Source: Verrucomicrobiales bacterium (GTDB taxonomy: Bacteria > Verrucomicrobiota > Verrucomicrobiia > Verrucomicrobiales > Akkermansiaceae). Taken from it: a DNA stretch of 41,427 nucleotides. The stretch covers positions 1 to 41,427 of the forward strand of contig PBTU01000114.1 in assembly GCA_002729295.1 (NCBI GenBank), in the 5' to 3' direction. Positions within the stretch are counted from its first letter, which is position 1. Every line of letters starts with the position of its first letter. Positions 38,401 through 41,427 of this stretch are shown here, in pieces. The notes beneath the pieces are model-generated. The model saw only the letters and a list, made by a program, of their open reading frames with translations, was not told the DNA's origin and did not search any database. The position numbers and the translations under genes are program-made.

Positions 38401-40278
38401 GGATGTGCCGATACGATGAAGGGTGCGGCGGGGTTTGGAGGTGTGAATGCAATTCACGCGGCCGTTTCGGACTTCCCAATCCTGAAGTCGGTTTCCCCAG
38501 TATCCGGGCCCGGGCCAGACGCGGTTGGGCGAGCTGTCCCAGTCGGAGGCAAACGAACCGTCAGGCAGATTGGCGGGATAGTGATCGAGGCGAACGTTAT
38601 CGACGTAGCGCGAAAGGTTGTCCCCGCCTCCTGGTCCGCGAAACCGGAGGCCGATCTCTTTCCCGGTATGGGCGTCAAGCGCTCCGGCAGGAATGGCGAG
38701 ATGGTAGTGATTCCACTTGGTGATGCGTTCGGAAGTGAGGGTGTAGGATTGGCTCGCGATGATCTGAGGCGTGCCGCCATTGTCGACGTAGGCTTCTGCG
38801 ATGAGGTAGCCGGATGAGGGTTCCGGCGGAGTGGGGGGAATGGCGGGGGCGTTGTCATTGACCGAGAGGCGGAAGTCGGAAACGCGACCGAAGCCGGTTG
38901 CGCCATCTCCATTGTCAGCGCGGAAGGCGACGAAGAGACGTTTGCCTGCGGCGGAGGCCGGAACGGGATTGAAGTCGGCCGTGAACTCTTCCCACGTGTT
39001 GTTTCTGGTCGAAAGTGGAGCGAGGATGGTTTGCAAGATGGTCCGGGATCCGAGGATATCGTCGTTGGAAGTGGTGTAGAGGAAGGTGGCAACCCGGTCT
39101 GCGGAATCATTCCAGTTCGAGGCATCACGCCAGACGAATTTTATCGTCAGGACATCGCCGGTGACAAGGGTGTGCCCGCTGTCGTTGGCGAAAACTGTTT
39201 GAGTAGCGGTTTGGTTGAGGACGGTGGTGCGGGTGCCGTTGTAGGGAAGATTTGTGCGGGTTGCTTGTGCGCCCTGGCCAGCACCGAGATTGGTCCAGTC
39301 CGGAGTTTCCTCGAATGTCCGCGAATCGGCGAGGGAGGTGTCTTCGGTAAAGTCACCATTCCGCAGACCGGGGCCGATGAGAAGAGGATTGAAGAGTGAG
39401 AGCACGAAGTCATCGACCTCGGCCTGACCGTCAGGGGAGGCATTGCCATCGATGCCTTCGAGCAGGACGAATAACTTTTTCCCATTCGCAGAGGCGGGAA
39501 TGGGAGCGAAGGTGGTTTTGAAACTTTCAAAAGCGGCAGCGGTCGACGATGTTCCCGACAAAACGGATTCGATATCGCTGCGAGTGCCTGAGGGGGTGTC
39601 GTCCGAAGTGGTGAAGAGAGTGACTTGAATTTCGTCATCTGCTTCGCTCCAATTCTCTCCATCCCGCCACTGATATGAGAGTTCGAGTTTTTGGTCGGCG
39701 GTCAGGGTGTAGCCCGTTTCGATGGCGAACAGGCGGTTACCATCGTCGGTGAGCGCGGCACTGCGTGAATTGTTTGGCGCGGGAAGGCTGCCGGTGAGAG
39801 TGGTGGCGATCGTGTTTTGATTGCCGGAAAGATTGAACCAGTCCGGGGTGTCGTTGAAGGAACGAAGATCGGTATCGGAATTGTCGGCATTGAAGTCGCC
39901 GTTGAGAAGCGCCCCGCCGACGATGGCGTTGGGTGGAATCACCGAAGTGTCAGCGCTGAGGGCGGCGTCGAAACGAATGGAGTAGGCCGCCCCGGTCTCG
40001 ATTTTGTGAGCGCTTAGCTGACGGGCGGCCTCGGTGCCATCAAAGAGAATTTTCCAACGCCCATTTCCGTAGTCGGTATCTCCTTCGGAAAGGTAGGCGT
40101 TGCCCTCCCAGCCCATCAAGGAAGGATCGGAGATTGGGATGTTGTCTGCCCCGCTATTGAGTTCGACTCCAGGGTTTTGAAGAGGGATGGGCGCGGAGGC
40201 AGCCCAAAGGGTTGAGAGGAAGAAGATTGAAAGATTGAATTTCACGGGTCCGCTCTTGTAGTCCACCGAGGGGAGCAA
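35407..40278 (-). CDS. Giant (1623 aa) secreted multidomain protein: CBM-like jelly-roll modules, PhoD-like metallophosphoesterase core, Ig-like domain, Ca-binding TSP3-like motif and an uncharacterised C-terminal domain
   Basis: Uninterrupted 4.87-kb ORF. TTG 40278 is the ORF-track start. GTG 40245 would give the canonical signal peptide MKFNLSIFFLSTLWAASA|P. PhoD-like motifs are VVINTSCQ, LLALGDQIYEG, IPDDHDVYQGNLWG and GDQH. Confidence 0.8.
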   Translation of the reverse strand: MLPSVDYKSGPVKFNLSIFFLSTLWAASAPIPLQNPGVELNSGADNIPISDPSLMGWEGNAYLSEGDTDYGNGRWKILFDGTEAARQLSAHKIETGAAYSIRFDAALSADTSVIPPNAIVGGALLNGDFNADNSDTDLRSFNDTPDWFNLSGNQNTIATTLTGSLPAPNNSRSAALTDDGNRLFAIETGYTLTADQKLELSYQWRDGENWSEADDEIQVTLFTTSDDTPSGTRSDIESVLSGTSSTAAAFESFKTTFAPIPASANGKKLFVLLEGIDGNASPDGQAEVDDFVLSLFNPLLIGPGLRNGDFTEDTSLADSRTFEETPDWTNLGAGQGAQATRTNLPYNGTRTTVLNQTATQTVFANDSGHTLVTGDVLTIKFVWRDASNWNDSADRVATFLYTTSNDDILGSRTILQTILAPLSTRNNTWEEFTADFNPVPASAAGKRLFVAFRADNGDGATGFGRVSDFRLSVNDNAPAIPPTPPEPSSGYLIAEAYVDNGGTPQIIASQSYTLTSERITKWNHYHLAIPAGALDAHTGKEIGLRFRGPGGGDNLSRYVDNVRLDHYPANLPDGSFASDWDSSPNRVWPGPGYWGNRLQDWEVRNGRVNCIHTSKPRRTLHRIGTSIRGNGGAFALSVQTGIHAGTIGTNARSGFLIGAGPNLDWKGSLLVHDGLGRDFGTFLGVNNNGSAIIEDMSEGTTTLVASGANQAGGFPSAARINLIGSYNPGPGTYTLTISSLGVTGNLISRASTEVPSDRILGSFGLMSNRSTSGTSFWFDNFSGAGDALQPEPEHNLAIIGAMHTLHDRTLRLTAQLAPVDLATTPNPTLEIFNGTNWNEIANAPIDNTDSLSSYTATFEIPSWNDTRKTDYRVGVQVDGETYYWEGTIRKDPVDKNEIVVINTSCQRISDGSVEADTMDWSPVKVWHPHLQTYDHIAKHGGDVLLALGDQIYEGQPTSKDTSSNFNRHYDYLYKWFFWMLQTRDLAKDMPTIAIPDDHDVYQGNLWGEGGIATNNQTTGGYEQPPSWVRLVERCQTRHMPLPDPYNTTQPAPLIAQGIGVYFTGMTYGEVGFAILEDRKFKTGPNGFPVDLNQQFLLGDRQKAFLKGWNTDWDGQKIKCVVSQSPFGMLHTHAASGYNFGLNDRDAHGWPQHRREEVWEILRQSRSFQLAGDQHLSTLVHHGVDGPADAGYSFASPAISNFFPRVWDPVHNSGGRTATVSPYKGDFYLDGNGTLPTGQPNITSNHPGHIRIVSAANPLEYYDQTRNIDPVNLHDRGAGYGIIRIKKDTRQITFECWPVHADPEFPQTGSQFPDWPVTIHQAENDGRSPTGFLPVIETHWKSAPVLAVYSESNSELLYAMRFAGNLIRLPVYDNNDSYRVEISYGNGANVESLEALSPISEGPAAIHSFSALQPSIISGEAAILQWNVEGATNLTIDNGIGQVTNLSINGVGHVAVSPLSDTTYTLTLNGTLSAQATVRVFPTKAVWLGNNFSTAELQNEAISGNDADPDGDGFTNEKEFNFQTNPRSVQSTPLINTDVVSTDPYTLEFTSAVPLQSGQAIPKIEFSSDLENWSPLSPLAVGVEEVSRNNNPSEGTTQVTIRVSLPEIESQAEFFRGVWQLDQG
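36379..37896 (-). other. PhoD-like metallophosphoesterase catalytic region of the giant protein (aa ~795-1300)
   Basis: Metal-ligand-type motifs occur in the PhoD/calcineurin order: SCQ, GDQIYEG, DDHDV and GDQH. Confidence 0.6.
38863..39903 (-). repeat. Tandem duplicated ~170-aa module inside the giant ORF (aa ~126-294 and ~306-472)
   Basis: The two copies align by eye. Copy 1: NGDFNADNSDTDLRSFNDTPDWFNL..LELSYQWRDGENW..QVTLFTTSDD..FAPIPASANGKKLFVLL..VDDFVLS. Copy 2: NGDFTEDTSLADSRTFEETPDWTNL..LTIKFVWRDASNW..ATFLYTTSND..FNPVPASAAGKRLFVAF..VSDFRLS. Confidence 0.8.
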
Positions 40279-40422
40279 GTAGACGATATTTTTATGGGAT
40301 TATTGTGGCTCTGTCTTTTTTGGCCCATTTTTTGCGATCTCAGAATTCTTAGATGCTGTCTCCTTTGCTTTGCTGGCGATGCCAAAATCGACTCGGGTTG
40401 AAGCTCAAGCTCCGCAGGTTAG

Positions 40423-41163
40423 CTAGGCCAGAAGTTCCTTGATGACCTTACCTCCGAATTGGGAGAGCTGTTTGTAGCGGCCGGCGTGGAAGTAGGTGAG
40501 CTTGTTGTCGTCGAGACCCATGAGGTGGAGGAGGGTGGTGTGAAAGTCCCGGATGGGGTGGACGCATTGGACGGCTTGGGCTCCGATGTCATCGGTTGCG
40601 CCGACGATGCCGGGCTTTACGCCGCCACCGGCCATGAGCATGGTCATGGCGTCGGCATTGTGGCCGCGGCCGATGGAGTAAACACCGCCGCGTTTGTTGT
40701 TGTCGGGAGTGCGGCCGAATTCGCCGCTCCAGATGACGAGAGTGTCGTCGAGCATGCCGCGTTGTTTGAGATCGCGGATCAGGGCGGCAACGGGTTTGTC
40801 TACAGCGGCGATGCGTGAGGAATGTCCGCGCTCGAGGTAGTCGTGGCTGTCCCAACCACCGGCGAAGATTTGTACAAAGCGGACGCCTTTTTCGACGAGG
40901 CGGCGGGCCATGAGGCATTGGCGCCCGAAGTCGTGGGTGGTCTTGTTATCCATGCCATACATGTCGCGGACGTGCCCGGGCTCGCCGTCGAGATCGACGA
41001 CATCTGGGACTTCCATTTGCATGCGGTAAGCGAGTTCATACGATTCCATGCGCGCAGCAAGGTCGGCATGTTCGGGATGCTTGCGGGCGTGTTCGTCATT
41101 GAGGCTGGCGAGGGCATCGAGCGCGGCGCGTTGGTGTTCGCTTTTCTCCGCGCTATCTTTAAG
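40423..41163 (-). pseudogene. DUF1501 (sulfatase-like) protein, 5'-truncated: only the C-terminal ~247 codons are present
   Basis: Typical DUF1501 C-terminal motifs are present (SYELAYRMQ, GGWDSHD, GEFGRTP, GRGHN, GGGVKPG, GRYKQL). Hand translation shows the frame stays open upstream of the listed Met (41049) as ...LNDEHARKHPEHADLAARMESYE..., up to an in-frame TAG at 41164-41166. All three minus-strand frames contain stops between 41164 and 41381, so the ~220-aa N-terminal half is absent. Confidence 0.7.
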
Positions 41164-41170
41164 CTATCTG

Positions 41171-41202
41171 AATTTACAGCGACCAGTCAATATAAATTTA
41201 CA
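41171..41202 (+). promoter_or_regulatory. Two 8-bp direct repeats (AATTTACA) 24 bp apart in an AT-rich tract upstream of the RHH gene; candidate promoter/operator
   Basis: AATTTACA occurs at 41171-41178 and 41195-41202, 17 nt upstream of ATG 41219. RHH repressors commonly autoregulate through short repeats. Confidence 0.3.
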
Positions 41203-41218
41203 ACGGCCAGAGAGAACA

Positions 41219-41377
41219 ATGAAAACAACGATGAAACAACGGGTTGGCCTGTTTGTCCGCATAGCGCCGGACCTCAAGCGCCGCCTTGGTGGTGAGGCTG
41301 CAGCGCGCGATATGAGCGTGGCAAAACTCATTGACCGCATTCTAACGGCGTATTTCGAGGCGCGTCGGAATGGCTAA
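41219..41377 (+). CDS. Ribbon-helix-helix (CopG/Arc/MetJ-like) small DNA-binding protein, 52 aa
   Basis: The sequence is MKTTMKQRVGLFVRIAPDLKRRLGGEAAARDMSVAKLIDRILTAYFEARRNG. It shows the pattern beta-strand (VGLFVRI), helix (PDLKRRL) and helix (MSVAKLIDRIL) of RHH proteins. The longer ORF-track version (from 41048) is antisense to DUF1501. Confidence 0.6.
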   Translation: MKTTMKQRVGLFVRIAPDLKRRLGGEAAARDMSVAKLIDRILTAYFEARRNG

Positions 41378-41427
41378 ATCAGCAAGCCAGATTGGCCGGC
41401 GCAACCGCCAGCGCGGCGCTGCAACCG
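41370..41427 (+). CDS. Partial ORF (first 19 codons: MAKSASQIGRRNRQRGAAT...) overlapping the RHH stop by 8 nt; it continues beyond the window
   Basis: An ATGGCTAA start/stop overlap links it to the RHH gene. The very basic N-terminus is too short to assign. Confidence 0.3.
   Translation, partial: MAKSASQIGRRNRQRGAAT

Noticed and set aside
35407-40278. Diversity-generating retroelement or other hypervariation mechanism acting on the giant repeat-containing gene.
   Set aside because: There is no reverse transcriptase gene in the window. I found no near-identical template/variable DNA repeat pair; the internal repeats are diverged at both the protein and DNA level.

Overview
This is a 41.4-kb, densely coding bacterial chromosomal segment with about 40 genes, one tRNA, no rRNA and no CRISPR. 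The gene content (DUF1501, formylglycine-type sulfatase, PQQ-like propeller, TAT-exported hydrolases, a giant secreted protein, a eukaryote-like UDP-glucose dehydrogenase) suggests a PVC-superphylum, Verrucomicrobiota-like organism; that is inference only. The left third (0.7-15 kb) is an LPS / lipid A-core cluster. It holds kdsD, an msbA-like exporter, three GT4 glycosyltransferases including a WaaG-like one, four Kdo/WaaP-family kinase paralogs (one fused to a TIM-barrel glycosidase-like domain), an orphan 407-aa two-domain protein, ugd and an LpxL-family acyltransferase. The middle (15-31 kb) is mostly housekeeping: truA, ruvX, manC-like, rfbB, TerC, a 5'-nucleotidase, nagA, pgsA, HIT, nrdR, tRNA-Gly, a divergent Nramp-fold transporter, a sulfatase, a GH75-like protein and fpg/nei. 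The right part carries a glucosylglycerate-type operon (HAD phosphatase, GpgS-like synthase, GH13_18 phosphorylase). It also carries a 1623-aa secreted multidomain PhoD-like phosphoesterase. At the extreme right, a DUF1501 gene has lost its 5' half at an abrupt junction. Beyond the junction lie AT-rich DNA, a ribbon-helix-helix gene and an overlapping partial ORF, which probably mark the edge of an inserted or mobile element that continues beyond the window. I see no single unmistakable novel system. The best candidates for follow-up are the kinase-rich LPS module with its orphan and fusion proteins, the giant phosphoesterase, and the truncation/insertion junction at about 41.16 kb. All homology calls are by-eye motif recognition; no searches or computations were run.
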